Below, piece after piece: positions 36,939 to 47,315 of a stretch of 64,000 nucleotides of DNA. Location of the stretch: positions 128,001 through 192,000 of the forward strand of contig CAVTRY010000018.1 in assembly GCA_963737265.1 (NCBI GenBank). The letters run 5' to 3'. A program made the translations under genes and the position numbers. The notes under the pieces were generated by a model that was given only the letters and a program-made list of their open reading frames with translations, was not told where the DNA came from and did not search any database. Numbering within the stretch: position 1 is the stretch's first letter; each line of letters opens with the position of its first letter. Source of the DNA: an uncultured delta proteobacterium. Lineage in GTDB: Bacteria; Myxococcota_A; Polyangia; Fen-1088.

Positions 36939-38975
36939 ATGAGAATCACCCTTTTCGCAGTTGTCGTTCTCGGTCTTGCGGCAGCCGACGCCTCGTGCTC
37001 GAGCAATCCCGGCAGGTCCAGCGGGTCGGGCGGTGGAGGGGTCGGCGGAGCGACGAGCCGTGGCGGAGGCCAGGGCGCGGGCGGTGCAACCTCGGGGACC
37101 GGCGGGGCGACCAGAACAGGCGGAGCGACGGGCACCGGCGGAGCGACGGGCACCGGCGGAGCGACGGGCGCAGGTGGAGCCACGGGCGCAGGCGGGGGCA
37201 CGGGCGCAGGCGGGACAGGCGGGGCCACGGCTTCTGGAGGTGTGCCGACAGGCGGATCGGGCGGCAGCGCGGGCTCTTCCGGATCCGGGGCTGGTGGCGG
37301 CGGCTCGGGCAATGCTGGTGGCACTCGCGGGTCGGGTGGTAGCGCGGGCTCTTCCAGCGCGTCGGGAAGTGTCGACGGCGGTGTGGCTGGAAATGCCGCT
37401 GGCACTGGGGGAGCCACCGGAGCCGGTGGAACCAGCGGCCCCTGGCAATACACGAACCCCATCATCCGGGGCGACTGGAGCGATCCCGGCTTGGTGCGAG
37501 TAGGCGAGGACTACTACTCCGTTCGCTCGACCTTCGGTTGGCAGCCCGGATTGGCCGTGGCGCATTCCAAGGATCTCGTCCACTGGGAATACATCGGCAA
37601 CGGCTTCTTGTCCATGCCATCCATTGCAACGGGCGAGGTTTCCAACGGAATCTGGGGGTCGAAGATCGTCTACAACACCAACACCAACATGTTCATGATC
37701 TACGCCACATACAACGGCATATCGGTCTTCGAGTCCGCCAAGCCCGAAGGGCCGTATGCCGCCGTCGGCACGCTCAACGCGCCCGGTTACGATCCAGGCG
37801 TATTCATTGATGACGACGGAACTCCTTATCTGGTCACAAGCTCGGGCAATATCGTCCAGCTCAGCAAGGACGGAAAATCGGTCGTCAATCCGAAAGTCTC
37901 TTCCTACACTGGTTGGAACGAGGGACCGAACCTATTTAAGCGCGCGCCCTATTACTATGTGGACTGGTCCAGCGGCGGAACGCAGGTAGGGGCGAACGGA
38001 ACTATCGTTTCGGCACGTTCGAAGAGCCTCGCCGGTCCGTGGGAGCAAGATCCCACCAATCCCGTTCTGCAAAATCTGAACAACGGCACCGATCCCGCAC
38101 ATCCCTTCGAATGTCCCCAGCATTCGCACCCCATCCAGACGCAAAACGGCGAATGGTGGGTCACGTTTCATACCTGGGAATACCACTACGGCACCTTGGC
38201 CCGGACCATGTGCCTCGAACCCGTCATCTGGACCAGCGATGGGTGGTGGCGACCCAAGAACGGCCAGAAGCCCAGCCTTGGGAACACAGGACCCAATCTG
38301 CCCTACACGCCCTACGCCATCCAGCGCAGCGATGATTTTGCGTCGACGACCCTCGGGCCGCAGTGGTTCTTCCACACCACGCCCGATTGGTCGGGAAAGA
38401 GCTGGTCGCTTTCCGACCACCCGGGTTTCTTGCGACTCAAGACCCAAAGTGGTGACGTCAACGGTTCCGCTGCTTACAACAGCATGGTCCTGCAGCGCAT
38501 CGACCTCAAGACCTTCGATGCGGAGACGGTCGTGTCCTTCGACGCCGAGAGCGGCGCGGAAGCAGCCGGGCTCATACTGCACTCCACGATGGCCTTCAAC
38601 GTCATGTTCTCGATGACCCGCACCAGCGTCGGCAAGGCCATCGAGCTGGCGTATTTCACCAGCGGAACGAGTCGGACGGACGGTTCCAAGGCGACTCGCA
38701 AGTCGGCAGCCGTCGTCCCCTTCACCGGCACCTCCGTCCATCTCAAGGTCAGTTTCGACGGCAAGGAAAACGCCACCTTCTCCTTCAGTTCCGACGGTGT
38801 CACGTGGCAGGCGGTGGGCAACCCGATTGCCGTGGGTCTCAACGGCGAAGCGGATCTCAGTTGGCGCCTCAACGCCTGGACCGGAGCCACGATTGGCCTT
38901 TTCGCCGTCAAGAACGGCGCGACGGCCGACAACTACGCGGACTTTGACTCGTTTGCCGTGACAGAGAAGAATTAG
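36939..38975 (+). CDS. Glycoside hydrolase family 43 lipoprotein with C-terminal beta-sandwich
   Basis: YTNPIIRGDWSDP, HSKDLVHW, YDPGVFIDDDG, NEGP, DDFASTTLGPQW and ADFDSF. Confidence 0.9.
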   Translation: MRITLFAVVVLGLAAADASCSSNPGRSSGSGGGGVGGATSRGGGQGAGGATSGTGGATRTGGATGTGGATGTGGATGAGGATGAGGGTGAGGTGGATASGGVPTGGSGGSAGSSGSGAGGGGSGNAGGTRGSGGSAGSSSASGSVDGGVAGNAAGTGGATGAGGTSGPWQYTNPIIRGDWSDPGLVRVGEDYYSVRSTFGWQPGLAVAHSKDLVHWEYIGNGFLSMPSIATGEVSNGIWGSKIVYNTNTNMFMIYATYNGISVFESAKPEGPYAAVGTLNAPGYDPGVFIDDDGTPYLVTSSGNIVQLSKDGKSVVNPKVSSYTGWNEGPNLFKRAPYYYVDWSSGGTQVGANGTIVSARSKSLAGPWEQDPTNPVLQNLNNGTDPAHPFECPQHSHPIQTQNGEWWVTFHTWEYHYGTLARTMCLEPVIWTSDGWWRPKNGQKPSLGNTGPNLPYTPYAIQRSDDFASTTLGPQWFFHTTPDWSGKSWSLSDHPGFLRLKTQSGDVNGSAAYNSMVLQRIDLKTFDAETVVSFDAESGAEAAGLILHSTMAFNVMFSMTRTSVGKAIELAYFTSGTSRTDGSKATRKSAAVVPFTGTSVHLKVSFDGKENATFSFSSDGVTWQAVGNPIAVGLNGEADLSWRLNAWTGATIGLFAVKNGATADNYADFDSFAVTEKN

Positions 38976-39119
38976 TCACCACGGCCTCGGCCTTATGCGC
39001 CACTGGCCGCGCGCGAAGACGCCTGCGCCGTGCGGAAGTCGCGCGAAAAAGAAGGCAAAGCCTATCCGATTTCGACCACCCACTAGATGTGTAGCGAGAA
39101 AATCGAGGAACAGGAAACT

Positions 39120-41429
39120 ATGCGCGTATTTAGTGCCTTCGCACGAAAGACACACGACAACAAAGCATCGCTGGCGACGATTCTACTAGGGTCGGCCGCC
39201 CTGCTGTTCGGTTGCAGATCATCGTCGGGAACGGCCGTTTCGAGCGACGCTGGAATCGGGGGCGGGGCGGGCGCCGGCGGCGCTGTGGCGGGCGCCGGTG
39301 CCGGAGGCTCACCGAGCGCGGGCAGTGGTGGCAGCATCGTCGGCGGCTACGGCGGCAACGCCGTCGGCGGCGGGGGCAGTGGCGGCAGCACCATCATCGG
39401 CGACGGTGGCGGCACCACAAGTCTGGCCGGCGGGAGCACCGTCAACGGCAATGGCGGCGCCACGGCTTCAGGCGGTGGCGCATCGGCCGGCGGCGGCACC
39501 ACGAGCAGCGGCGGCGTGCCATCAGCAGGTGGCAGCGCCGTTGTTTCGGGCAAAGCCACTTGGTTGCTCACGGATCCGAGTCAGCAGAGCGGCCTGCCAG
39601 GCGATTATGGAGGTACCGGTGGCTCGCCCGCGAGTAACTGCCCGCTTGCCGTGAATCCGGCGGCCACCAACCTTCCGGGCGCGGTCACGCCGGGGGGGCC
39701 GCCGTCACGGCGAGCGACAACGGCGGCACCGTGACCCTGTCGAACGGGATCGTGACCTTGGTGATCACCAAGGCCAGCGGAGAAGTCGACGCCATCACCT
39801 GGAACGGGATCGACATGCTCCAGGGCGGCACTGAGGGCGGAAAGCTGTACTGGGAGCTGCAAAACGGCAACGGTACCTACACGCTGACCGCCGATCCCAA
39901 GACCAACGGCGGGGACTATGCGGAGGTGCGCCTGCACACGACGGGCGCAAGCTTGGATGTGGATATCGACTATGCGCTTCTTCGCGGCGGCAACGGGTTC
40001 TATGCCACCGGCATCCTCTCGCACCCCGCCGCCTATCCAACGCTTAACGGAGGCGAATGGCGCTCGAACATCTATATCGGGACCAACTTCGACTGGCTCA
40101 GCGTCGATGCCTTGCGCAACAGACCGATGGTGTCCATCGCCGAGTGGGGCGCGGCCATCGCAGTCGCGGGAGCGCCGAAGGAGGTCGAGCAATTGACCTC
40201 GGGTCCCTTCAAGGGAAAATACGAGTGCAAGTACAGCTACAGCGCGGACTTCGGTCAGGAAGATGCCTGGGGATTCAGTTCGACCACGCAGAATATCGGA
40301 TTCTGGGTGACCAAGCCGAGCGGTGAATACTACAACGGCGGACCCAAGAAGCGGGAGCTCACGTCCCAAGCTGGCAATGCGCTGTTGAACATGCTGGGTG
40401 GCGCGCATTACTTGCAGAACGAATCGGTCGAAACTATCGCCGCGGGCACCGACCTAACCAAGATCTACGGGCCGTTCTTCTATTACTTCAATAGGGTAAA
40501 AGCGGGAACCGCATGCGCCCCGACCACACTGTTCGCCGATGCAATTGCCCAGGCGAAGGCCGAGCAGTCGGCGTGGCCGTATACCTGGTTCAAGAACACC
40601 GCCGTGGGAAACTACGCGCAGGAGAGCGGACGCGGCACTGTGACTGGTACCTTCGCCATCACCGATCCGGGTGCGCCCAGCGCATCGCCCGCCGGAATGT
40701 GGATAGGCCTTGCGCCCGACACCGGCGATTTCCAAGGACAGTTCTTCACCTACCAGTTCTGGGTGCGCACCGGAGCCGGCGGAGCGTTCAGGATTCCCCA
40801 CGTGTTGCCCGGCACCTATGCCCTCTACGCGTTCGGGCCTGGTGGCGCCGGCACCTTCAAGCAGACCAACGTCACGGTCACGGCGGGGCAGGCTCTGAAT
40901 CTGGGGACGGTATCGTGGACGCCGCCGCGGACAGCGGCCACGGTATGGGAGATCGGTATTCCCGACCGCGACTCGCATGAGTTCCTCAAACGGCGCATTC
41001 AACTACAGCCAATGGCAGACCGCGGAAATCGACTTCCCGACCCAGTTCGGCAAAGGCGCCACCTACACCGTGGGCACGGACGACTATTCCAAGGTCTGGG
41101 ACAACGAACTGCTTGGGGTTGGCACCTGGACGGTGAACTTCACCATGGCCGCCGCCCCGACCGGAGCCCAGGGGCGTTTTTATCTGGCCTTGGCTTCGAG
41201 CGACGGGACCAATCTGAAGGTGAGCATTAACGGGACGCCCATTGGGACCATTGCGCCCGGAAACACGTCCGACGCGGTGGTGCGCCTGGGCAGCCACGGC
41301 GCGTTCTGGGACAGGTCGCTCACGTTTAGCGCCAGCGTACTGAAAGCCGGCGCCAATACTCTCACCATCGACCAGACCAACGCCGGAGCCACGCTGGAAT
41401 GGGACTACCTGCGCCTGGAGGCTAACTGA
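39120..41429 (+). pseudogene. Polysaccharide lyase family 4 (rhamnogalacturonan lyase-like) lipoprotein, two homopolymer frameshifts
   Basis: LSNGIV, ECKYSYS, SGEYYNGGPKKREL, KIYGP, WPYTW, YQFW, WEIGIPDR and WDYLRLE. Frames break at a G7 run near 39695 and an AAA near 40989; likely intact in vivo. Confidence 0.85.
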
Positions 41430-41478
41430 CCGATCCGTTGTGGATCCCTCGGTTCGAGATGGGAAGCGCCGGATTCGA

Positions 41479-41874
41479 CTATCGGGCCGATGACTTGTTC
41501 AGGGCTACGGCGGCGCGCACGAGCGTCTTGAAGGCATCCGCGTCGATTGCATCGCCCTCATGGAAATCGATTGCGCGCCTGGTGTTGCCTTCAAGGCTAG
41601 AGTTGAAGAGTCCTGCAGGGTCGGTGAGCGATGCCCCCTTGGCGAAAGTCACCTTCACGGCGCCCTTGTAGGTCTCGCCGGTGCAAAGCATTCCATCGTG
41701 ATACCAAACCGGGACGCCTCTCCACTTCCACTCCTCGACCGCCTCCGGGTCAGCCTGCTTGATGAGAGCGCGGACGCGGGAGAGCGTCGTGCCCCTCCAG
41801 TCGTCGAGCTCCTTGATCCTCGCGTCGATTAGCCGAGAAGGGGACACGCCCTTGGTCGTTGCGCCCTTTGTCAT
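41479..41874 (-). CDS. DUF1801 domain protein
   Basis: EEWKWRGVPVWYHDG, TFAKGASLTDPAGLFNSSLEGNTRRAID. Confidence 0.88.
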   Translation of the reverse strand: MTKGATTKGVSPSRLIDARIKELDDWRGTTLSRVRALIKQADPEAVEEWKWRGVPVWYHDGMLCTGETYKGAVKVTFAKGASLTDPAGLFNSSLEGNTRRAIDFHEGDAIDADAFKTLVRAAVALNKSSAR

Positions 41875-41890
41875 ATCGCCTGTACTGGCA

Positions 41891-43012
41891 TCACTTCACC
41901 GTGAGGAGTTGGTCGACCGTCGGTGCGGGATCCACGAACACGTCCTTGTACTGCACCTCCTCATTTGTCCCGTTGTGGATCTGTAAACCGATAGGTCCGG
42001 CCTTGATCGACGAGAGCTTGGCCTCTTGGTAGGTCTTGGCGGCGGTTCCGTTGAGGGCGATCCTGCAGAATCCCTTCGCAAGGAAGCACAGGATTTCGAG
42101 GGTGTTCCAGGTGGCGTTGTAGGTTGGGTTGCCGGTGACTGTCGTGCTATTCAGGGCAGCGTTCAGCGAGTAGTCCCAGTCGTAAAGGTTGTTGCCCACG
42201 GCGCCGCCGCCCGGTGGAATGATGAGTTTGCAGTTGTTGTATTGGCCGATCGGTGTTCGTCCTCCCCAAAAGCAGATGCCAAGGTGACCCGAGCCGCCGG
42301 TGGCGACCATGTTAGAGCTGACGATGACTCGGAAGTCGCCGTAGTCGGCTTGGGTCATCAGAAGCGCGCCACCAGTCGTACCCTTGCCATCGATCACGCC
42401 GTTCACGACCGAAAACAGCGCCGGGGTCCCTTGCTCCCAGCCGTTCAACGTCTTTCCGTCGAAGATCGACACGGTACCGTCAACCGGGCCTGCTGTCCCG
42501 GCGCCGCCATCGATCGAGCTGCCACCGACCCCTGTGGCGCCACCGCTGGCGGGCACCCCGCCCGTTCCCTTGACCACGATACCCCCTGTGCCCGCGCCGG
42601 CAGCACCGCCAGTGACAATCGCGCCGCCTCCCCCGGACGCGCCGCCCGTGGCCCCACCGCCGCCCTTGCCACCGCTGCCGAGGGACCCGCCCGTTCCCGT
42701 GACCACGGAACCCCCGGTACCCGAACCGGCAGCGCCACCGTTGGACGTCGCACCGCCAGTGCCAATCGCGCCGCCAGTGCCGACCGCGCCCGCGCCGCCA
42801 GTGCCAGCCGCGCCGCCTGAGCCCTTCACTCCACCCGTGCCGCCGGTCGCTCCGCCCAAGCTTGCGGCGCCGCCGCTGCCCACGCTGCCGCCCGTGCCGC
42901 CGGAGCCTGCAGCGCCACCGTTGCTCGATTGGCAGCCAGGTGCAGAGAATCCGGATGCGATCAGAGCAGCGCCGACCAACAACCTCGTACGGGAATGGAA
43001 TTTGCTCACCAT
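41891..43012 (-). CDS. DUF1080 (3-keto-disaccharide hydrolase-like) lipoprotein
   Basis: APGC lipobox, Gly-rich linker, SIFDGKTLNGW, YGDF, WNTLEI and GPIGLQIH. Confidence 0.85.
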   Translation of the reverse strand: MVSKFHSRTRLLVGAALIASGFSAPGCQSSNGGAAGSGGTGGSVGSGGAASLGGATGGTGGVKGSGGAAGTGGAGAVGTGGAIGTGGATSNGGAAGSGTGGSVVTGTGGSLGSGGKGGGGATGGASGGGGAIVTGGAAGAGTGGIVVKGTGGVPASGGATGVGGSSIDGGAGTAGPVDGTVSIFDGKTLNGWEQGTPALFSVVNGVIDGKGTTGGALLMTQADYGDFRVIVSSNMVATGGSGHLGICFWGGRTPIGQYNNCKLIIPPGGGAVGNNLYDWDYSLNAALNSTTVTGNPTYNATWNTLEILCFLAKGFCRIALNGTAAKTYQEAKLSSIKAGPIGLQIHNGTNEEVQYKDVFVDPAPTVDQLLTVK

Positions 43013-43159
43013 GACAACCTCGCAGGTAGAGGACCGATTCAATAAAATGCGGGAACGATCCAGCCGTCGGTCGGGAAATGTGGACAAGCAGCCCAGAGCT
43101 TCAATCGTGGCCACGCGGGCACCGCAGAAGAATGCGCAGACCAGCTACACCTCTGACGC

Positions 43160-44005
43160 TTGCCAACGTCCTATAGCAGTGCGGTGGGGGCCATCGCGGC
43201 TATCGGGCTGTCGGCCCGCCGCACGCGCGCTTGGGTCGTGGGCGGGCTGTTCTTCCTCGTCGCCCTCACCCCGACCATGGGGTTCGTTCGGTACACTTCG
43301 TCCCTCACCGCCAACAGATCCATGTACCTTCCCATGCTGGGATTGCTTCTGCCCCTTGCATGGCTCTTGCAGCGTGTTTGGAGCGCGAATGCCCAAGTGG
43401 TGAAGGCATCATCTGGCGCGCGCGCGATTGTGGTGGTCGTGACGGCAACCCTGGCGATGGGAAGCGTCGTCGCGACCCGCGATTACGAGTCGCACTGGCG
43501 CGACAGCCTGACCTTGCTGCGGTACTACCTGACACAGGCGCCGACGGATTTGAAACTGCTTACCCGGCTTGGAAATGAATGGATTCAGCGCGGAAACTAC
43601 CCCTCGGCTATCGACGCGTTCGGCGAGGCCGTGCGCCTCCATCCGAATTGGACCGAGAATCATCTTAATCTAGGCCGCGCCTTGTTCGCCGTGGGCGAGT
43701 TTCAGAAAGCGAAACTGTCTTTCGCAGCGGCCCTGGAACAGACGCCCAATGACTGGCGCGCGCACATGTTGATGGGGTCGACGCTGGCGCGACAGAACCA
43801 ACTGGAAGGGGCGCTAAAGGAATTCCGAACCGCCGCCCAATTATCGCCCACCAAGGCGGCGGCTCATTTCAGCATCGCGGAGGTCCTGGCTCAGTTGGGG
43901 CTGGCGGATGAATCCGTCATGGAGTACCAGCAGACCTTGCGTCTCGACCCGCAGTTCGGGCCAGCCCAACGGGCGCTCAATGCTATCAGCCGAGAAAGGC
44001 GCTGA
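43160..44005 (+). CDS. TPR membrane protein, C-terminal part of a TMTC-like protein (probably 5'-truncated)
   Basis: ANRSMYLPMLG and WRDSLTL, followed by several TPRs; no convincing start. Confidence 0.65.
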   Translation: MPTSYSSAVGAIAAIGLSARRTRAWVVGGLFFLVALTPTMGFVRYTSSLTANRSMYLPMLGLLLPLAWLLQRVWSANAQVVKASSGARAIVVVVTATLAMGSVVATRDYESHWRDSLTLLRYYLTQAPTDLKLLTRLGNEWIQRGNYPSAIDAFGEAVRLHPNWTENHLNLGRALFAVGEFQKAKLSFAAALEQTPNDWRAHMLMGSTLARQNQLEGALKEFRTAAQLSPTKAAAHFSIAEVLAQLGLADESVMEYQQTLRLDPQFGPAQRALNAISRERR

Positions 44006-44014
44006 TTTTTCGCG

Positions 44015-44998
44015 TCACCAGAGCTGGTGAACCAGCGGGCGCAGCTTGCGCTCGTAGACGCGCGCGACCGCGGCCATGGTCTCGACCGGCAACGCGGCCA
44101 GATCCGCTGCGGTGACGTTTTCCTCGACTTGCGATGGCCGCTTGGCGCCGGGAATGGCGCAGGTCACGGCGTCGGCCATCAGGATCCAGCGCAGCGCGAA
44201 CGACGCCATCGCCATGCCGGGCGGCATCAGGGGGCGCAGCTCCTCGACCGCCGCGAGCCCGGTCGGAAAGTCGATGCCCGAGAAGGTCTCCCCGCGATCG
44301 AATGCCTCGCCTTTTCGGTTGAAGCTGCGGTGGTCGTCGGCCGCGAATTTGCTTGCCTGGCTCATCTTGCCCGCCAGCATGCCCGAGGAGAGTGGTAATC
44401 GCGCCAGGATGCCGACCTGCCGGCGCTTGGCCTCGCCGAAGAACAGCTCGGCCGGGCGCTGACGGAAGATGTTGTAGATGATCTGCACGCTCTGCACGTT
44501 GGGGTACTCGATGGCCTTGAGCGCTTCCTCCACGCGCTCGACACTGACACCGTAGTGGCGCAGCTTGCCCGCGCGACACAGATCGTCCATGACCCCGAAG
44601 ACCTCGGGTCGGTAGTACACGTCGGTCGGCGGGCAATGCAGCTGGACCAGATCGAGGGTCTCGACCGCCAGGTTCTTGAGGCTGCGCTCGACGAAGCTAG
44701 TCAGGTTCTTGCGGTTGTAGCCGTCGGCGACGTGCGGGTCGAGCCGGCGTCCTGCTTTGGTCGCGATGACGATGGGTTCGCGGCGTTCGCGGCGCAGGCG
44801 CGCCAGCAGGCGTTCGCTGTGACCATCGCCGTAGACGTCGGCGGTATCGAAAAAGTTCACCCCCAGATCCACGGCACGATGGAGGGCCGCAAGCGAATCC
44901 GCGTCGTCGGTCGGGCCCCAGGTGCCGCCGATGGCCCAGGCGCCGAAGCTGATCGTGGAGACATTCCATCCGGTTCTGCCGAGTGGCCGATATTCCAT
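44015..44998 (-). CDS. Aldo/keto reductase
   Basis: YRPLGRTG, FFDTADVYGDGHSE, IATK, LDLVQLH and AIPGAK. Confidence 0.93.
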   Translation of the reverse strand: MEYRPLGRTGWNVSTISFGAWAIGGTWGPTDDADSLAALHRAVDLGVNFFDTADVYGDGHSERLLARLRRERREPIVIATKAGRRLDPHVADGYNRKNLTSFVERSLKNLAVETLDLVQLHCPPTDVYYRPEVFGVMDDLCRAGKLRHYGVSVERVEEALKAIEYPNVQSVQIIYNIFRQRPAELFFGEAKRRQVGILARLPLSSGMLAGKMSQASKFAADDHRSFNRKGEAFDRGETFSGIDFPTGLAAVEELRPLMPPGMAMASFALRWILMADAVTCAIPGAKRPSQVEENVTAADLAALPVETMAAVARVYERKLRPLVHQLW

Positions 44999-45182
44999 GG
45001 CCGCGATCATGCCAACCCGCCGGCCTCGATTCAAGAGCTCGTCGAGGCTATGCTGGCGATTTCGCTCAACAGGTCGTCCAGCTCGCATTGCGTCATGGGT
45101 TATGGCTTGAGAGGCGGATCCAAGGGCGAAGACCCTGGCGATCATCCGCGGGGTGGGATTACCATCCGTGAGGCAATCAATC

Positions 45183-46070
45183 ATGAGGGTGCTCAATTTT
45201 GGCTCATTGAATTTTGACCACATTTACGAGGTCGAGCATCTTGTCCGGCCGGGTGAAACCATTACGTCGGACAAATATCGCCTGGCTTGCGGAGGAAAGG
45301 GGCTGAACCAATCCATTGCTCTGGCGAACGCCGGGGCGAATGTGTTCCACGTCGGAAGGATTGGCCGCGACGGAGAAGCACTGATTACTTGTTTACGAAC
45401 CGCCGGAGTAGACACCACCTATGTGGAAGTGGCAGAAAGCGGACCGTCAGGCCATGCCATTATTCAGGTGGACAAAGATGGGCAGAATTCCATCATCCTT
45501 CACTCCGGGACAAATCGGGAAATCGAAGAGGAAGACATCAAGCGAGTGCTCGATCGCTCCAATCCGGGCGACTACCTTTTGCTACAGAATGAAATAAGTT
45601 CCACTGCCGAGATCATTGACCAAGCCAAAGAACGAGGCCTGGCGATTTTCTTCAACCCGGCGCCAATGGACAGCGGCGTATTGGGTTGTTCTCTGGACAA
45701 AGTGGATTACTTCATTATCAATGAAATCGAAGGCAGAGAACTAATTGGGGAGGCGGCACCCGAAGCGATTATCGAGGCCATGCTCAAACGGTTTCCCCGA
45801 TCTGCAACGATACTCACGCTTGGCGAGAATGGCGCGATATACGCTGACCGGCAAACCAGAATCTCGATGCCTGCGGAAAGCGTCAGCGCGGTCGACACGA
45901 CCGCGGCCGGTGATACCTTCATCGGATATTTTGTCGCTCGAAAGATAGAGGGACACCCGGTCGAAACCTGCTTAGAGGTGGCGTCCCGCGCTGCCGCCAT
46001 CTGCGTCACCAGACGTGGCGCAGCCGATTCTATTCCGCTCAAACGGGAGGTGGTCCATGACGAATCCTAA
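45183..46070 (+). CDS. rbsK: Ribokinase (PfkB family)
   Basis: GSLNFD, GGKGLNQ, LLQNE, NPAP, INEIE and DTTAAGDTFIG. Confidence 0.88.
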   Translation: MRVLNFGSLNFDHIYEVEHLVRPGETITSDKYRLACGGKGLNQSIALANAGANVFHVGRIGRDGEALITCLRTAGVDTTYVEVAESGPSGHAIIQVDKDGQNSIILHSGTNREIEEEDIKRVLDRSNPGDYLLLQNEISSTAEIIDQAKERGLAIFFNPAPMDSGVLGCSLDKVDYFIINEIEGRELIGEAAPEAIIEAMLKRFPRSATILTLGENGAIYADRQTRISMPAESVSAVDTTAAGDTFIGYFVARKIEGHPVETCLEVASRAAAICVTRRGAADSIPLKREVVHDES

Positions 46071-46167
46071 TTGCGCGATTTCCGTCAAACCTGCTCGCAC
46101 GTCTCAAGACGTGTCTATCAATGGCGGACCTTGGCGGCCGAAACATGGCCGCTCTTCTGGCGGGCTG

Positions 46168-46422
46168 CTAGGCTTGCGTCCGCGTATCGCTGGCGGGCGG
46201 CAGACTCAAGGAGGCGCCGGCTTCTGCGCTAGAAAGGTCGGACGAAGAATGCGACGCGAGTCCTATCCCAGACCCTGGCATTCGCTTGACCTCATCGCGC
46301 GCGATACGCCACACTGCCTGAATAATCCAAGACACGGATCTGTCTTGGCGTATAGCTTCCTTCTGAGTCTCCGCAAGCATGGCGGAGTTGAAGTACAGCG
46401 TTACTTTGCGTTTCTGAGACAC
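46168..46422 (-). CDS. Myxobacterial small protein (MXAN_4361/4362-like, TIGR04563-type)
   Basis: KRKVTLYF...MLAETQKEAIRQDRSVSWIIQAVWRIAR; GTG start assumed. Confidence 0.7.
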   Translation of the reverse strand: MSQKRKVTLYFNSAMLAETQKEAIRQDRSVSWIIQAVWRIARDEVKRMPGSGIGLASHSSSDLSSAEAGASLSLPPASDTRTQA

Positions 46423-46460
46423 GTCGGTAATCCGATGGGAAGGGCGGCGGACTTCAGCGG

Positions 46461-47303
46461 CTAGCGATTGATCTTGGCCTTGAACGGGGCAAAAAACTGG
46501 AGGTTGAGGCCAAAGACATAGTTGCTCGTCCATTCCAGGTCGTACGAGTCGGTAACTCCGTCGCCGTTGACGTCCCGGCCAGAGGCGTTATTCTTATAGA
46601 TGAGGTCGCGAATTTCCAGGTCGAGCGCCATGTAACTGTTGAGATAGGCGTGAACGCCGACTCCCGCGTTCCCAGCGAACTCGGTTGCTGTGTATGCCTG
46701 ACAGAGGGTCCGCTGCGGTGTGGGCGGGGTGGTATTGGGGTTGGCTGCTCCGATGCAGGAACCAGGCTGAGCGGTGGAATTTGCAAGATTCACCACGCCA
46801 GCGCCGCCGAAGACATAGAAATCGAAATAGGAGAAGACAGCGCTAAACAGCGCGATCTTCCCCGACAGAGGCAAGAACTCGACCTGGCCAAGTGCCATGT
46901 ATCCGATATGGTTCATAGTCGCGGTCGCATCGGCGGCCGTGGGTGTCTTGACGGTTTGGTTTGCGCCCGAAAGTGTGTTGTATAGGTCGTTATTGAACGA
47001 GCTCTTCCAACCCGGGGTTACGTTGTAGCCGCCGACGACGCCAAGGGCAATCCAGTCCGTAATGTGATACGCCAGACGCGGCGTGATCAGCAGGGCGTTG
47101 TAGAAATCTTGACCAATCGAAACGCCGGCGCCGATGCCGAACTCGAAACGGTTGTCCCGTAGCTCTAGACGCTTGCGAATGGCTGGAGCATCCGTCAGCG
47201 GGCTCTTGCGCTCCTTCTCGGCGCGAGCCACCGCAGGCAAACAGGCGATGCCGCCTAGGAAAAGTGCGATAACCTTCCGCATGGCATGTGTCCTTTTCGT
47301 CAT
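46461..47303 (-). CDS. Myxobacterial outer-membrane beta-barrel protein (TIGR04565-like)
   Basis: Signal peptide, RFEF, LAYHITDW, PLSGKIALF, FDFYVFGGAG and C-terminal LQFFAP. Confidence 0.75.
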   Translation of the reverse strand: MTKRTHAMRKVIALFLGGIACLPAVARAEKERKSPLTDAPAIRKRLELRDNRFEFGIGAGVSIGQDFYNALLITPRLAYHITDWIALGVVGGYNVTPGWKSSFNNDLYNTLSGANQTVKTPTAADATATMNHIGYMALGQVEFLPLSGKIALFSAVFSYFDFYVFGGAGVVNLANSTAQPGSCIGAANPNTTPPTPQRTLCQAYTATEFAGNAGVGVHAYLNSYMALDLEIRDLIYKNNASGRDVNGDGVTDSYDLEWTSNYVFGLNLQFFAPFKAKINR

Positions 47304-47315
47304 GGCATCAACTCG

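Noticed and set aside
32140-42920. Gly-rich stretches as collagen or PE-PGRS genes
   Set aside because: No Gly-X-Y periodicity or PE domain; they are low-complexity linkers after lipoboxes.
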